Shown here piece after piece: positions 31,301 through 44,200 of a DNA stretch of 64,000 nt (positions are counted from its first letter, which is position 1; each line of letters starts with the position of its first letter). The stretch covers positions 12,147 to 76,146 of the IMG/VR virus record IMGVR_UViG_3300010160_000037, one strand, 5' to 3'. Below the pieces are notes generated by a model, which was not told where the DNA came from, searched no databases, and was given only the letters and a program-made list of their open reading frames with translations. Source of the stretch: a virus. Position numbers and translations under genes: made by a program.

Positions 31301-32213
31301 TATCAACAGCGTATTACAACTTCCTGCAACCAACGTCTACGGTACCCAAACAAGCACAAGCACTATCACAGGTGCGCTGACTCTGCAAGGCGGACTGGGA
31401 CTCACAGGTGATATATTTGCCGCTAAATCGATCAACGGTGCAAACATTACATCAACTGGAACTATATATCGTTCAGGAAATGTAACTAGAAGCGCATGGG
31501 GTAATAATGGTGTTGCATTAGACATTGCGCAGGCAACATTTACTGACAATAGCAGTAACGGTACTGTTGCCCAAACTAATGTTACGCATTTCCACACTCC
31601 TACAATTAGTGCTACTGGCGGAACAGTAAGCTATACTAATGCGGCCACGGTCTATATTGGAAATGCACCGATAGCAGGTAATGGCAGTACAACAATTAAC
31701 AATGCATGGGCATTGCAGATCAACAGCGGCAAGACCAAGCTAAATGACAGTTCAGCGGCTAACAGCACACAAAGCGGTGCGCTACAGGTTGTAGGCGGTG
31801 TTGGTATTGGTGGCGATCTGTATGTCCAAAATACGCTAAACGTCATTGGTAATACTGCAAATATTGGTAACAGTGAAATATTCACATTTACAAGCCCTGC
31901 GCTGTCAACAAGTAATAAGATTAATCTTGATACTTTTGCAGTCGAAAGCTATCAATCTGCCAAATATTTCATACAGGTTGTTGATAATACTGCGCTTGGA
32001 CAGCCCAATAAGATGTATGTTACTGAGCTGATTGTATACCATGATAGTATAGGTGGAGTTTACATATCAGAATACGGCATGGCCAGCAACTTTGGTGATT
32101 TAGGAACATTTGATGCTGTGATAAGCGGGCTAAGTGTTCAGCTAACATGGCAACCAAACTACGTTCCTGTGTCAATGGTCGTTAAAGTACATAGAACCAC
32201 ACTCAGTAGATAA
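25320..32213 (+). CDS. giant tail fibre/adhesin protein (2297 aa)
   Basis: Many S.STTTGAL.V.GG.GIG repeats, N.GV...AG.GI repeats and a DRILVRAQT...NGIY motif. Confidence 0.8.
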   Translation: MPSLLSGRVKLISPGTNYTVINNYISLGQAQAGLGASPTTNTGYTLVIGPNGQATYTNTLGQIAFSTGTITSQAPTGDLTLNPSGTGTITLNGPVNIPQGIQGSGFKTEAKRATTGNILLNESTSTVTYDGYHVDYLDRILVRAQTDARDNGIYYVYTSTFATNVVTTQINYTQNSFTATTYNIGDANSLVAGSTLTSLFVGNNTTIVQILDSSTFLMSNPGLGTITGAVSTASSKGLTNSVVLSRSTDAVNTNGLKHIVVPIVGGTYEGRLFFTSFLATQVVGVDPINWYEIVDSTSYQTVYSKYLENVTVGQYLPNAGQFTLFTATNTATFANPTDSTATTNGAVVVTGGVGIQKSLFVGGATNIQGSLNVNSQANISPADATVFIQPTGLGTVTINPSTKGTINNMDVGNSIPKNGTFVNLTANNQLLVTSTSESTSTTTGAVQVAGGVGIGGNLVLGGQLIFSGLADEFVVNNFRAKGQVLFTTSTNSTSTTTGGLVVSGGVGIGQDLVLGGKLIFQGSGTNLSLSTLSVTSSSQSTSTTTGALTVVGGVGVGGNLTLGGQLIFSGAAGDLKVATLAVTSTTNSTSTTTGAFTVTGGVGIGQDLVLGGSLIFTNASGTIRAEQIHILGTQTSVSTETGALVVDGGVGVAKDVVVGGNLDLGGQLTFNKSFTATFVALHITSTASDVATFSNNAIYVEGGQAVKKDLSVYGNTVLYGNLTVAGTQTIVDSQNTYIIDPVIDIGTGIDNTPLLVNDGYDRGMLLHYSTGNGPQFDNHAFVGRDVTTGFLTYKVNVYPGGYETFPAQFANTGSFGTAQFGGLRLSGGAVALSTNTGDLQVLGGIGVTGGSYFGGTLTLGSPLANTTQTINHALVVSSGGIGVAGASFFAGQVKFSNAQASTDPSSGAVVLSGGLGVGGSIFTAGPMRIRNSTESVSTGTGALVVSGGAGFNGDIYAHNIYTDAGLTQLANFNGGRISDPLLIDNTTSAYSTMTGALQVRGGVGISGALWVGGTANVSNLFVNGAAVLTTSSPTGFNGGTIIYPLQIGYSTSTLNTAGLTVNSDVNSVSTDSGAIVTIGGVGIAQDLHVGGTIYREGDITTANWGQTGIAVNLASAVYTDNQASGSFTNTNNVYVGQPIINSRYGSAYAQANTIYIEDAPKVKTTATTSIADSYAVWVNNGKVHINSTASSATNYLNNALSVAGGIGIAGAIQASGPLNAPQVFDNGNRVVTFVDIIDGPGISSSPDKSGGSTATITINNTGVLTANAGTGIVVDRATGDVTISNVGVTKIETGPGISASTSTGTVSLVNTGVLSLTAGTDTAVSFTTGNITVYSTATLASVTSRGATTTSTIRLTNTQTGLVVGGDAIFSGTVAVTGTLNIGGASISGGNATFTSLQAGDTLITGQLTVSGTSTFINSQQLTVVDPVIDVGTNINNVPLLVNDGFDRGVLIHYNTTLSNNIAYDAHAFLGRDNVSGKLTYRTNIWPGGVTDVPNPFNSTGTLGYAVFAGLNLEGGIASTSPTSGDLQVVGGIGVGGASYIAGQARFGSQLNANATATGAVIVDGGQSITKDLYIGGNVIVRGYVLTTATAYNGGEVFNPVIVTNGTSATSTLTGALIVHDGGAGIGGDVWIGGALNAKSVLVDGRAITTDIHLVTGPGLVGDVTTSSGGVTITMTNTGILNLDAGPGISLANTGTSGITTITNTGVVSIAINGLGLKASTSTGSVVLTNIGVTAATAGAGISVNQTTGSIIITNVGVQSIGTIGGGITVTTSTGSVFLLNSGVTSLTAGTDTNVTAISGDITIWDISTLQSVTGRGNITTRDIIIDSTTPTSNTASGALAVTGGVAVGQNLYAGGQIYALGGYLGLNPPAIFVNNTNVTVTDNVNEHKVSVAINGTTTTTFDIVGEHILSTTNSTSTTTGALIVDGGIGLAKNIYVGGSATVANTLTVLSTSTMGSILPLAGGYYNLGSPTQRWGTLYINSATIDMGGLTLTSINSVLQLPATNVYGTQTSTSTITGALTLQGGLGLTGDIFAAKSINGANITSTGTIYRSGNVTRSAWGNNGVALDIAQATFTDNSSNGTVAQTNVTHFHTPTISATGGTVSYTNAATVYIGNAPIAGNGSTTINNAWALQINSGKTKLNDSSAANSTQSGALQVVGGVGIGGDLYVQNTLNVIGNTANIGNSEIFTFTSPALSTSNKINLDTFAVESYQSAKYFIQVVDNTALGQPNKMYVTELIVYHDSIGGVYISEYGMASNFGDLGTFDAVISGLSVQLTWQPNYVPVSMVVKVHRTTLSR

Positions 32214-32285
32214 AACCTGTAGTTTCTCTCTCTTTGGTAAATAGTCGTATAAGCAAATTTTTGCCAGACGTGGAGAGGGAAACTA

Positions 32286-35200
32286 ATGGCTACTAATGAC
32301 GATTTCATAGTCAAAAATGGTCTTGTGGTTCGTGCCGCAAGCTCAGAATATCAATCAACAAGCACCCAAACTGGTGCAATCGTAACGCCCGGCGGATTAG
32401 GCATTGGCCAAAATGCGACCATCGGCGGACAACTAAATGTATTAAGTACTTCAAGTTTTGCAAGTCAATTGCAAGTCAGCAGTATAACAAAAATACTCTC
32501 TACAGCAGTAAACACAGCAACAGTTACTCCAGACGGTAATGCCTTACAGGTCACTGGTGGCATTTACGCACAGAATATCAATATCGGCGGCATTGGTTTA
32601 ATCAAGGGCTCGCAGATCCTAACTCAAGCAGATGGTTTCAAAGGCGGTATCATTACCGATCCTTTAACGATCAACACAAATACTCAATCAACCAGCACAT
32701 ATTCAGGAGCATTAACAAGCCCTGGCGGTATTGGTATCGGCGGCAACTTAAACGTTGGCGGGTATGCACAAATTACAGGAACAACATACCTGTTTGGCGA
32801 TGCTTACGGTAATGGACAACATCTATTAACAAATCTAGTAGCAAGCCCCGGTCCTGGCATAGCTTCAAAAGTAACCTTTAACGGTTATACTGCAACAATT
32901 ATTACAACCAACACTGGTGTAATATCTGTAACAGGCGGCACAGGTATCAGTGTAGATAGTCCCAACGGTAACGTTACAGTTAGCAACGTTGGTGTTACAT
33001 ATATTCAAGCTGGTACAGATATCACTGTTGATTTCAACACCGGTACCGTTACAATCAATGACGGTAGCACACTACAATCGTTATTATTACGCGGTAATTC
33101 AACTGACCAAACCATTAATATTAATAACGGTGCTATCAGTAATGATCCTACACTAAACAACGCATTAAATGTATTAGGTAGTATCGGAGCCACACAATTA
33201 ACAGTGGCAAACACCAGTTATATTGGTGGCGCGATTGTTGTTACTACCAGCAACATTAACAGATACGTTGGTGGTATTATTACCAATACTCTACGTGTTC
33301 AAAATACAACAAGCTCAATAAGCACAACAACAGGTGCTCTAGTTGTTGATGGTGGTGTAGGTGTTGGCGAAAACGTAAACATCGGTGGTAGTCTTTTTGT
33401 TCAAGGCGGAATAACTGTATTAGGTAGCTACACTACAGTTACAATTAACTCAACTAATACGGTATTCATCGATCCTGTTATCGATCTAGGATCAGGATAT
33501 GACAATAGAGCGTTAGCGATCAATGACGGTTTAGATAGAGGTCTTCTACTACATTATAACACCGGGTCAAATACTACGTTTGACAATCATGCTTTCTTGG
33601 GTCGTCAAGCAAGTACTGGTGCTCTAGTTTACTTAACAGACGTAGCACCCGGCGGTAGCACACAAGATGTTCCTAATCCTTTTGTGGGCGAATGGGGAAC
33701 ATTTAAAACTGGCCAACTTGTCTTAACAAGTCCGACTGCCAGTACCAGTACTACTACTGGTGCGTTAACTGCGGTTGGTGGTATTGCTACTCGAGGCAAT
33801 TTAAATGCCCAAGCAGTATATGATGCTGGCAATCGAGTAGTTACCAACGTAAATCTTACATCTACTCTAATATCATTAAACGACCCTGGATCTGGTATCG
33901 CAGTTGTATCAACAGTAGTGACAGGTTCGTATGTAACAGTAAACCTGACCAACACAGGTATCGTTGGTTTGTTACCTGGTGCAGGTATTGGTATTGCAGG
34001 AGCAGGTGGCTTTACAGCAACCAACGGTATGATGGTTGGCGTTCCAAATATCTACAATAGAGGTGTACTAACAGTTAGCGTAACAGGTGACCTAAACGTT
34101 ACATGGAACGGTCAATCATATTACACCGGTGATATTGTTCTAAGCAATTTATCTACATTACAAACTGTAACAGATCGCGGTAATACTACAACCAATCAAG
34201 TAGTAATTTTAAATCAAACAACCAGCACAACACTTACCGCAACAAATGCGCTACAAGTGCTAGGCGGCATCAGTGCCAAGACACTATTAATTACAGATTC
34301 TGGTTATATCAACGGCGCACAGATTGTTACATCATCAACGATTAACAGCTTCTCCGGCGGTACGATTAACAATTCATTGTTTATCGCAAGTACAGAAACA
34401 TCAACCGGATCCACTACTGGTGCATTGCGAGTGTCGGGTGGTGTTGGCTTTGCAACTACATTAAATGTTGGAGGATTAGGTTCTTTCCTTAATACCGGAA
34501 CAGCATTGTCTGTTACAGGCGATGCACGATTCAGTAGCACAATTTATGTTAACACAGTTTCTGCACTGACACTGGGATTAGATCTAGTAAGTATAGGAAC
34601 GGGCACAGTTAACGCCAACGGAGTTGATTTATTAAGTCATCCAACTAACGTAAAATACGTAAGTGCGACCAGCGGTAAAAATACTAACGATGGATTCCGT
34701 CTAAATAGCGCATACGCTACTCTTGCCTATGCATTGACTCAGGCCACTACTGGCACGACAGTTTATCTTGCGGCTGGCACCTACACTGAAGTATTTCCTT
34801 TAACTATACCAGCAGGCGTTACTGTGCAGGGCGCCGGCATCCGTTCAACTATCGTTCAACCAACGTCTGGCTCAAATACCAACAATGGTTTCCTACTAAA
34901 CGGCGAAGTATTAGTCAGCGACTTAACGATTGCCAATTTCTATAAACCAGGTTCGGGATTTGCATTTACATCAGGCGCGAAGATCACTACAAAGTCTCCT
35001 TACATACAACGTGTAAGTGTTATTACAAAAGGCTCAGTGACCAGTGCAAGTGATCCGTTTGGATTCAACCAAACTGATGCTGGTAACGGTGCAAAACTAG
35101 ATGCAAGTTTATTAGATGCTACCAGCTTGGAACCAGCGGTGTTGTTTAACGAAGCAACGTTTATCGTTCCAAATGCGGTTGGTATATACATGACCAACGG

Positions 35201-38200
35201 TGCTCGTGCAGAATTACTAAACGGCTTTACATATTTTGCCAGCAAGTCAATTCAGGCCGAAGCAGGCGCAACAGGTTTTGCAGGTACAGGTAAGACAAGA
35301 TTAAAACTTTCTGGCATAACAGGCTCATTTGGTGCTGGTGACATAATCACCTATAAAGATCCAAGCGGCAATACAAAAGCACAAGGTACTATTGCCAGCA
35401 CTGACGGAACATACGTTTATCTAACAGGTCCAGTTTGGGGCTTTGAAACAATCACAGATCGCGCTGCCAAGACAGTTACTGCCTATGGCAATGCTAAACA
35501 AAGTACAGTTCAAAAGAAATTTGGAACCAGCTCTTATGTAGGTGACGGTTCAGGCGACTATCTAGAAGTACTAAGCGATAGTGATTTCCAATTTGGTAGC
35601 CTAGGTAGCTATACCGTAGAGGCATGGATTTATCTAAACAGTCTAGGAAAGGCTCAACGGATTTTTTACAAAGGTACAAATTTAGGTACAAGTATTAGAT
35701 TTAGTGTAACTTCAGGTAACGTGTTATATGCCTTTCATGCTGGCGCAAGTATCACTGGTATTACTGCCTTAACTACGGGTGTATGGTACCATGTTGCTTT
35801 TGTTAGAAATGCAGCCTTGGGAACATTTAGAATATATCTAAACGGTACACTTGACGCCTACACAACCGGAGTAACCGGAAATGTAAACAATACTGATCCG
35901 GTAAGTATCGGCGGTATTGTGGCAACCGCGGGAGAGAGTCTCGACGGTTATATTGACGATTTTAGAATCAGCAATGTTGCAAGATATACTGCCGGAACAT
36001 ATACGGTTCCGACTTCTGCACAAACATCAGATGTTGCAACACTATTAATGTTGAACTTCAATGGTGGAAATCTGTCAACTGCGTTTGTTGATTCTGCTAA
36101 TGGCACACAAAATATTATATCAAATGCGGCCGCAAGTGCGACACGTATTACGTTAGCTGATTATCATCAGTTTGGCGCAGAACTACGCTGTATTGGATCT
36201 GCATCAGTTTACGGTACACAAGGTGTTGTTGCTAACGGTACTGGTACAGACTTAAAATTAATTGCCTACAATATGAGTCATATTGGCTCAGGCAAAGATT
36301 TTTCAAATGACGATAGCCTTGCTGTCCAAGCAAACGAAGTTATTCAAACTAACGGCGGTCTTGTATACTTCCAAACTGTTGACCAAGGCGGCAACTTCCG
36401 TGTTGGCACCAGCTTCTTAATAAATGAACAAACAGGTAATGTAAGTTTTGGTAATGCTAACGTTAATCTGTCTAGCTTAAATCAATTACAGATCACTGAT
36501 GGAAGCAATTATGCAACTATTCTTCCAACAAGTATCAGTGTTGGTAATTTAAGTATTTCTGGAAATAGCCTATCAGCGTTAAGCGGTGGAATTTCTATTA
36601 CTCCGTCAGGTGGCATTGTTTCGATTAACAGTAGCGCAACCATTGGCGGCGGCCTAACAATTAGCGGATCATTTGCTGTTCCTGCATTAACTGACTCAAC
36701 AAGCACAAATACAGGTGCTCTAACAGTTGGTGGTGGCCTGGGTGTTGGACTACAAGTTCAAGCTGGTAGTACAATTACAACATACAGCGCGGCTGGATCA
36801 ACAAGTTCTATACTAAACAATGCGGTAACTGTTCCTAACGGTGGTATTGGTGCAAATACACTATACCTAACAGGTAAAGGTTATTCAGCAGGTAACGAGA
36901 TTGTTACAACTGCTACTATTGGATCAAGCCTAGGTGGATTTGTTCCAAATGCACTACGTATTACAAGCCTTGCACAGAGCACAAGTACAAACACCGGCGC
37001 CTTAGTTGTTGATGGTGGTGTTGGTATTGGCGGCAACTTAACGATAGGTGGCTCCTTAAATCTACTAGGCGGTGGTAGTGTTTTAACAAACGTTACAGCT
37101 ACAACTGATGCATATATTGGTGCAAGCGTAACTAAAACTGGTACTACTGCAACAATTAATATTGTTAACCTAGGTGTTCAAACAGTATCGGCTGGGTCAG
37201 GAATTTTTGTATCTGCTAATACAGGTACAGTGACAATCAGTAATACAGATACTCTAGATACGGTACTTGCTCGTGGAAGTTCAACGGCTCAAGCAATTAC
37301 AATGACTGATGTTGAGTACAGCACATCAACAATCGCAGGCAATGCGTTAGCAGTCACTGGCGGTGTTGGCGCACGTTCTTTATACCTAAGTACAGAAGGT
37401 TGGATAGCAGGTGCACAGATTGTTACTTCAAGCACAATTGGTTCATTTGTTGGTGGACAGGCAGTTACAAGTCCGTTGCAAATTACCAGCACAGCTACCT
37501 ATGCACTAAACATTCAAAACGGCGGCGCCTATATCGGCGGTACTGTTGTAATTGGCGGTAGCCTACAAGTTGCAGGAACTGTTACAAGTATCAACAGTAC
37601 CAGCGTTGATATTGGTAACAAGTTAATTTTCTTAAGCACCTTAACAGGTAGTGCTATACAGTCAGCAGAGTCTGGTATCGTTGTTGGTAAAGATGATGGC
37701 ATTGAAAATGATCGTTGGGCAAGTTTATTATTTGATGGCGGAGCAGGCGCCGCAGGAAATTGGGTCAGCAAGGGCGGATTAAATCCATTTGCAGACAGCA
37801 CATATGGAATTGGTACTGTTGCACTACAATGGAACAGCGCATATATTAAAAATATAAATGCAAGTTCTGTAATAACAACAAGCTCAGTATACAACACAGG
37901 AACTATCGGCGGCAACGCATTACAAGTTACTGGCGGAATTGGCGCCAGAAGCATTTACTTAACTGACAAGAGTTACATCGGCGTTAATGAAATTATTACC
38001 ACTGGTAACTTGGCAAACTTTGCAGGTACATATGATGGTCAAACACCACTACACTATCCTGTACAGATCGTAAACACAAGTACTTCGACATCTGTAAATT
38101 CTGGGGCGCTACAAGTATCAGGTGGCGCAGGAATCGTAGGGGACTTATATGTAGGCGGTTCGGCTCGTGTTGCCAACAGATTATATGTAACTAACACAGC

Positions 38201-41200
38201 AACTATTGGTTCTGGGGTATTATCTACAACTCCAACTAATGGTAGCCTAGTAGTTACTGGCGGTATCGGTGTACAAGGCAACATGATCGTCAATGGTACT
38301 ATACAAAGTTATAGTGACATTACTGCTTCAAATTATTACTCAAGCGGCGGCGAAATTAGATTGCTTGCGCCATTCAATCAAATAACTGCATTAAATGGTC
38401 CGTTAGAAATAGCATCTACAGGATTAATAGATATTGTTAGTTTTAATAATATTAAATTAAGCCCGATAGCATTAGTAACTGTTGATAGTGCATTAACTGT
38501 TACTGGTGTTTCAAACTTTGATGGTCAGGCAGTTTACAGATATAATCAGTTAACAATATCAACAATAACTGGTGCTATCGTTGCAGTTGGTGGTATTGCT
38601 ACAGGCGACAGCGTCTATGCTGGTAATAATATTACTGCCAACAACATTATTTCTTCAACTGCGGTTGCAATTAGTTCAAGCACTATTGCAGGCAATGCGA
38701 TCACCGCCCCAGATGGCGGACTTGGAGCAAGAAGCCTATATCTAACAGACCAAGGTTATATCAATGGTGCATTGATTGTTACAACAGCAACACTAAATCA
38801 ATACACTGGCGGCCAGATTGGTAACACACTAAACTTATCTAATACTACAAACTCACTGAGCACAAACACAGGTGCGCTAACAGTAGCAGGTGGTGTTGGT
38901 ATTGGCAAAGATGTTGTAGTCGGTGGATCAGTATACTTGAGTGGCGACTTATATGTTAACGGCGCTCAAACTATAGTCAACTCAAGCAGTATCCAAACAG
39001 GCGATAAAATTATATATGTTAGCACCAGCGCACCATCGGCTATATTGGCCAGTGGTTCTGGTATCGCTGTCGGTAAGCCAGGAACAGTACGAGCAAGTTT
39101 ATTATTTGATGGCGTAAGCAGTTGGAGCTCAAACGCAGGTATTAATCCAAGTGGACTAGGCATTGGACTAGGTACAGGATCAAATGCATGGAGTTATGGT
39201 TTCTTCAACACTATTAAAGTGCTTGGCAATACTTCATCAACAAATACATTAACCGGTAGCTTACAAGTTACTGGCGGCATTAGTGCAAGTGAAAACTTAT
39301 ACCTAGGTACAAATCGTACCAGCACATTAACAAATACATACAATGCATTAACAACGCTAGGCGGAGCCTACATTGGCGGCCAATTAACTGTTAGTGGACC
39401 AGATGCATGGGTCAACGGTAGTCCAATTGTTACAGCAACTGACAGCAAACAAATTGCTTTCACTAACACAACTGATGCAACCAACACACAAACAGCGGCA
39501 TTTACTGTAGCTGGTGGAGTTGGCATTGGTAGCACATTGATTGTTGGCGGCCAGCAGTATATTACCAGCTTATTAGAATCAACAGTAACCAACACAGACA
39601 ACGCATTAGTAGTATCTGGCGGTATATATGCCGACATGTTGATGGTTAACCAAATTGCAACTGTTAACGGCGGTGTTGTAATTACAACAGCAACTATCAA
39701 TCAGTTCGCGTTCAACGGTGGAACCATTACCAAACAGATTATCATTAATAGTTCTACACAGGCAACAAGTACTATTACTGGTGCATTCCAGATTACTAAC
39801 GGTGGTGCTGGCATCGGTGGCAACGTATACATTGGTGGCGAGTTGCGTGTTCAAGCTAACTCCTCAACATTCAAAGTAATCAATGCTGGTACAGCTACGA
39901 TCACAACAGCTACAATTAGCTCAAGCATATTCAACACAGCGACCCAAGCAGGTAATGCTTTACAGGTAGTCGGTGGTGGTAGCTTTGGATACTTGCGTGT
40001 ACAGAACCAAGCATGGGTAGGCGGCTATCCTGTCATTACATCACAGAACATCAACAGTTATTCCGGCGGTACAATTAATAACCCGTTGGTTATCAATAAC
40101 GGTACACAGGCAACATCAACAACAACCGGCGCCCTACAAGTTACTAATGGTGGCCTGGGCGTAGGCGGCAATATTTGGTCAGGCGGATACTATGAGTTCG
40201 TTGATCCGTTTAATATTTCACCTACATATGACGGCTACTTTGGTATTAATGCAACATTAGATGCAGTCAACATTGGTTCCGGAGATACTGCGATTCCGTT
40301 GGCGTTTATACAAAACAAAAATGAAATAGGCAGAATTACAACTTATAATCCAAACGGAAGCGCAATTGGCGCAGTATTAGGTGTTGGTGTAACTGCTCCG
40401 CAATACGGTATACATCTATCAGGAAGCTCAGCAGGTACATTTGGTTGGATACAAAATGCCAACACAATGACTAACCTAGTAAGTCTCAACAACACACTAC
40501 ACAGTTCGTTGTTTGGGGGCGATACTTCTAAGATTGCTATTGCCGCGTTTTCAGGTGATAACGGTGCAACATTTGAACATTGGATTGCATCTGGTGGTAC
40601 AAGTGCCGGCAGTCAAGTACCGTTGGTATTTGCGGGCGGAGCATGGGATAACAACCTTGGTACAAATACAACAGCTGAGTGGGCAAGATTTACCAGCACT
40701 GGTAACTTTGCGGCCAAGAACAATATTATTACAACAGCCGCAGGCTTCAGTACTGCGACCATTGCCAGTAACGCAATGCAGGTCAGTGGTGGCGGTTGGT
40801 TTGGTAACTTAAACGTAACCGGGGCGGCATGGGTAGGCAACAGTAAAGTTGTTACAGCGGCCACCATTGGTTCATACTCATTCAACGGTGGTACAATTAC
40901 TACTGCATTGTATGTAAACACAACTACACAGGCAATAAGCAACTCGAGTGGTGCTATCCGAACAGCTGGTGGTATATCGGCAGTTGGTAACATCTACGCT
41001 GGTACTAACTTCTACGGTAATTTAATCGCTACTAACGTAACAGCAACTACAATCAACTCAGCAGGAAGCCCATTATCAATTGGCGGTGCTTTAACACTAA
41101 GCACAGCGACTGATCAGACAGGCGCAGGCACAGGTGCGTTGGCCGTAACTGGTGGCGCAAGCATTACCAAGAGCTTGTATGTTGGAAGCAATTTAAGCAG

Positions 41201-44200
41201 TACATCGACTGTTGGCGGAAATGCTCTGCAAGTTGTGGGTGGTATTGGTGCAAGTACATTGTACCTAAGCACAGATGGCTGGATTGGAAATGCACAGATC
41301 GTTACGAGTGCTAACATCAACAGCTTCTCTGGCGGTACGATTAACAACGCATTAACTATTGCCAACACAACAGATTCGATTAACACACAAACTGGCGCAT
41401 TCGTTGTAACCGGTGGTGTTGGTATTGGCAAGAATTTATGGGTTGGTGGCAATGCAAACGTATTAGGTAGCATGTACCTAACAGGCGATCTGTACGTAGA
41501 CGGTACACAAACTATTATTGACAGTACACGTATTCAGACTGGTGATAAAGGGATCTATCTAAGCACATCATCAAGTAATGCATCTCTTGCAATTAACTCT
41601 GGTTTATACATTGGTAACACTACAGCACCTTATGCTTCCATGTTGTTCGATGGTATCAACGCTTGGGTAAGTCAAGGAAATATTATTCCTTCTACATCAG
41701 GTGGTTGGAGTCTTGGAAATAACACAACACCGTGGAATACATTATATTCTATAACTGCTCGGTTCTCAGGAGCAGTTGAATCAACAACTACACAAACAGG
41801 TAGCCTACAAGTTGTCGGCGGAGCAGGTGTTGGTAAGAGTTTAACTGTTGGCAATACTGCAACAGTACAAAGCACCTTATTCAACTTAACCGCCGCAACT
41901 GGCAATGCAATTTACACACCTGGTGGTATTGGTGCCAAATATCTAAGCATTGATACAAACGGTTATATCAACGGTAGCCCAATTGTTACTGTTGCCAACA
42001 TTGGCGCATACGCATACAACGGTGGATATGTAGCAAATGCTATCATTATCAATTCAACTACAAATGCAACAGCCGCACTGAACACAGGTTCGTTAGTGAA
42101 CTACGGCGGAGCCGCAATTACTAAAGATGTCTACGTTGGTGGAATTGTTAACATTGCCAGTGTTGCCGCAAATACAACTACTATTGCTAATAATGCATTA
42201 AGTGTAGCAGGTGGTATTGGTGCTAACACATTATATATTGCCACAGCAGGTTACATTGGTACAAGCCCGATTATTACTGCGGCAAATATCAACAGCTTCT
42301 CAGGCGGCACGATTAATGCGGCCTTGACAATCAACAATGCCACACAATCAGTTAGCACAACAACTGGTGCATTGATTGTACAGAATGGCGGTCTTGGTCT
42401 AGGCGGAAATATATATACAGGCGGCTATGCGGCTATTGGTATAAACTACGCTCAAGCAGGTACACTAGGTAACACAGCGACTGGTAGCCTACAGGTATTT
42501 GGTGGTGCTGGTATCAACGGCAACTTGACAGTTGCAAGCCAAGGTTACTTTGGCGGCAACGTAGGTATTAATACAGCCCTTCCAGGCCAAGCACTTGAAG
42601 TTAACGGTAACATTGTTGCCGGATCATATAATAGCTCACGTGTACAGATCACAAACGCAGGCGGCTCACAGGCAATTTACGAAATTAAATTAACTGAAGC
42701 AAGTCCACGTTGGCAAGCTGGTCGTGATTTATTTGGATTAGATACTTCAGGTATTGCGTTCATGAACGCAAATCAAACCTTTGCCGCTGGCGGTGCTGGT
42801 ATTGGTGCCACAAGTGGTAACAACGGCTACCTAGGTTTATATACAACCAATGGCACTTCACAAGCTCTACGTGTTACTATTGACGGTGGCGCACAAGGCG
42901 GTAACTTAGGTATTGGCGCAAGCAATAACCTACAAGGTAAGTTACATATCAACGGTGCAAGTGCAAGTGGTTATGGTATCTATGCTACTGGCAATAACGA
43001 TCACCTATTAAGATCAGGAGCATCAGGATCATACGTTGATTTACAAATTACCAGAACTGGTGTTGGATCAAATGCAGACTGGAGATTAGGCGTAGCAGGA
43101 GCCGCAAGTAACTTTATTGCTACTGCGGCCGCAGGTGACGCTGTAATGACTTACGGTAGTAACTTGATATTTGCCAATGCCGCCAACTACGAAATGGCAC
43201 GTTTTGGTAATGGTGCATTTACTATTGCAACAGCTACTCAAGCAATTAGTACTCAGAGCGGAAGTATTGTAACTTACGGTGGTGCAGGTATTGGTGGTAA
43301 CTTGTTTGTTGGTGGCACAGCCAACATTACAGGCACAACATTTATCAGTTCTGCTATTGCAAGTACAAGTACTATTGCTGGTAACGCACTACAAGTTACT
43401 GGTGGTATTGGTGCTCAGAGCATCTACTTAACTAACAACAGCTGGATCAACGGTTATCAGATCGTTACAACACAAAACGTTGGATCGTTTACTGGTGCGT
43501 TTAACGGTGGTACAATTACTAATCCGTTGTTTATACAGAACGGAACCAATGCCGCAGGTACTGGTTCAGGTGCATTGTACACAACTGGTGGCATTGGCAT
43601 AACACAAGACTTATATGTAGGTGGTCAAACAACTCATGTAGGTATTACTAACCTAAGCGGCCTAGTAACAGTTATCAATGCAACGAACGCAAGTTCAACA
43701 ACAACAGCCGCAGTAAAAATTACTAACGGTGGACTAGGCGTAGGCGGCAATATTTGGACTGGTGGTAACATCAACTTTAATACCGCAGTTAACAAAATTC
43801 GTTGGCAGACTACACAAATTGCAGTCGGCGACGACGGCGGCGCTGGTCAAGGTTCAATATTCTTTAACAGTAACAATGCCGGTTATCCATCTTCAACAAG
43901 TTCAGTACAAAGCGTTGTAATTGGTGCCTATGCTGGCCCAGCATTAAGTGGTGCCCAGACTACCCTAGTTGGTAACAATGCAGGTTTCACATTAACCAGT
44001 GGTGTAGGCAATACATTAATTGGTTACAATGCCGGTAATTTAATTGCCGCTGGCACATATAATACCTATGTAGGTAATAGTGCAGGTGCAGGTAACAATT
44101 CAACATTAAGCGCAGGAGTCGGAGTTGGTTATCAAGCTCTACAAGTTGCAACAGGAAATCAAAACGTTGGTCTAGGTTACCAAGCAGGTAAGTCAATTAC

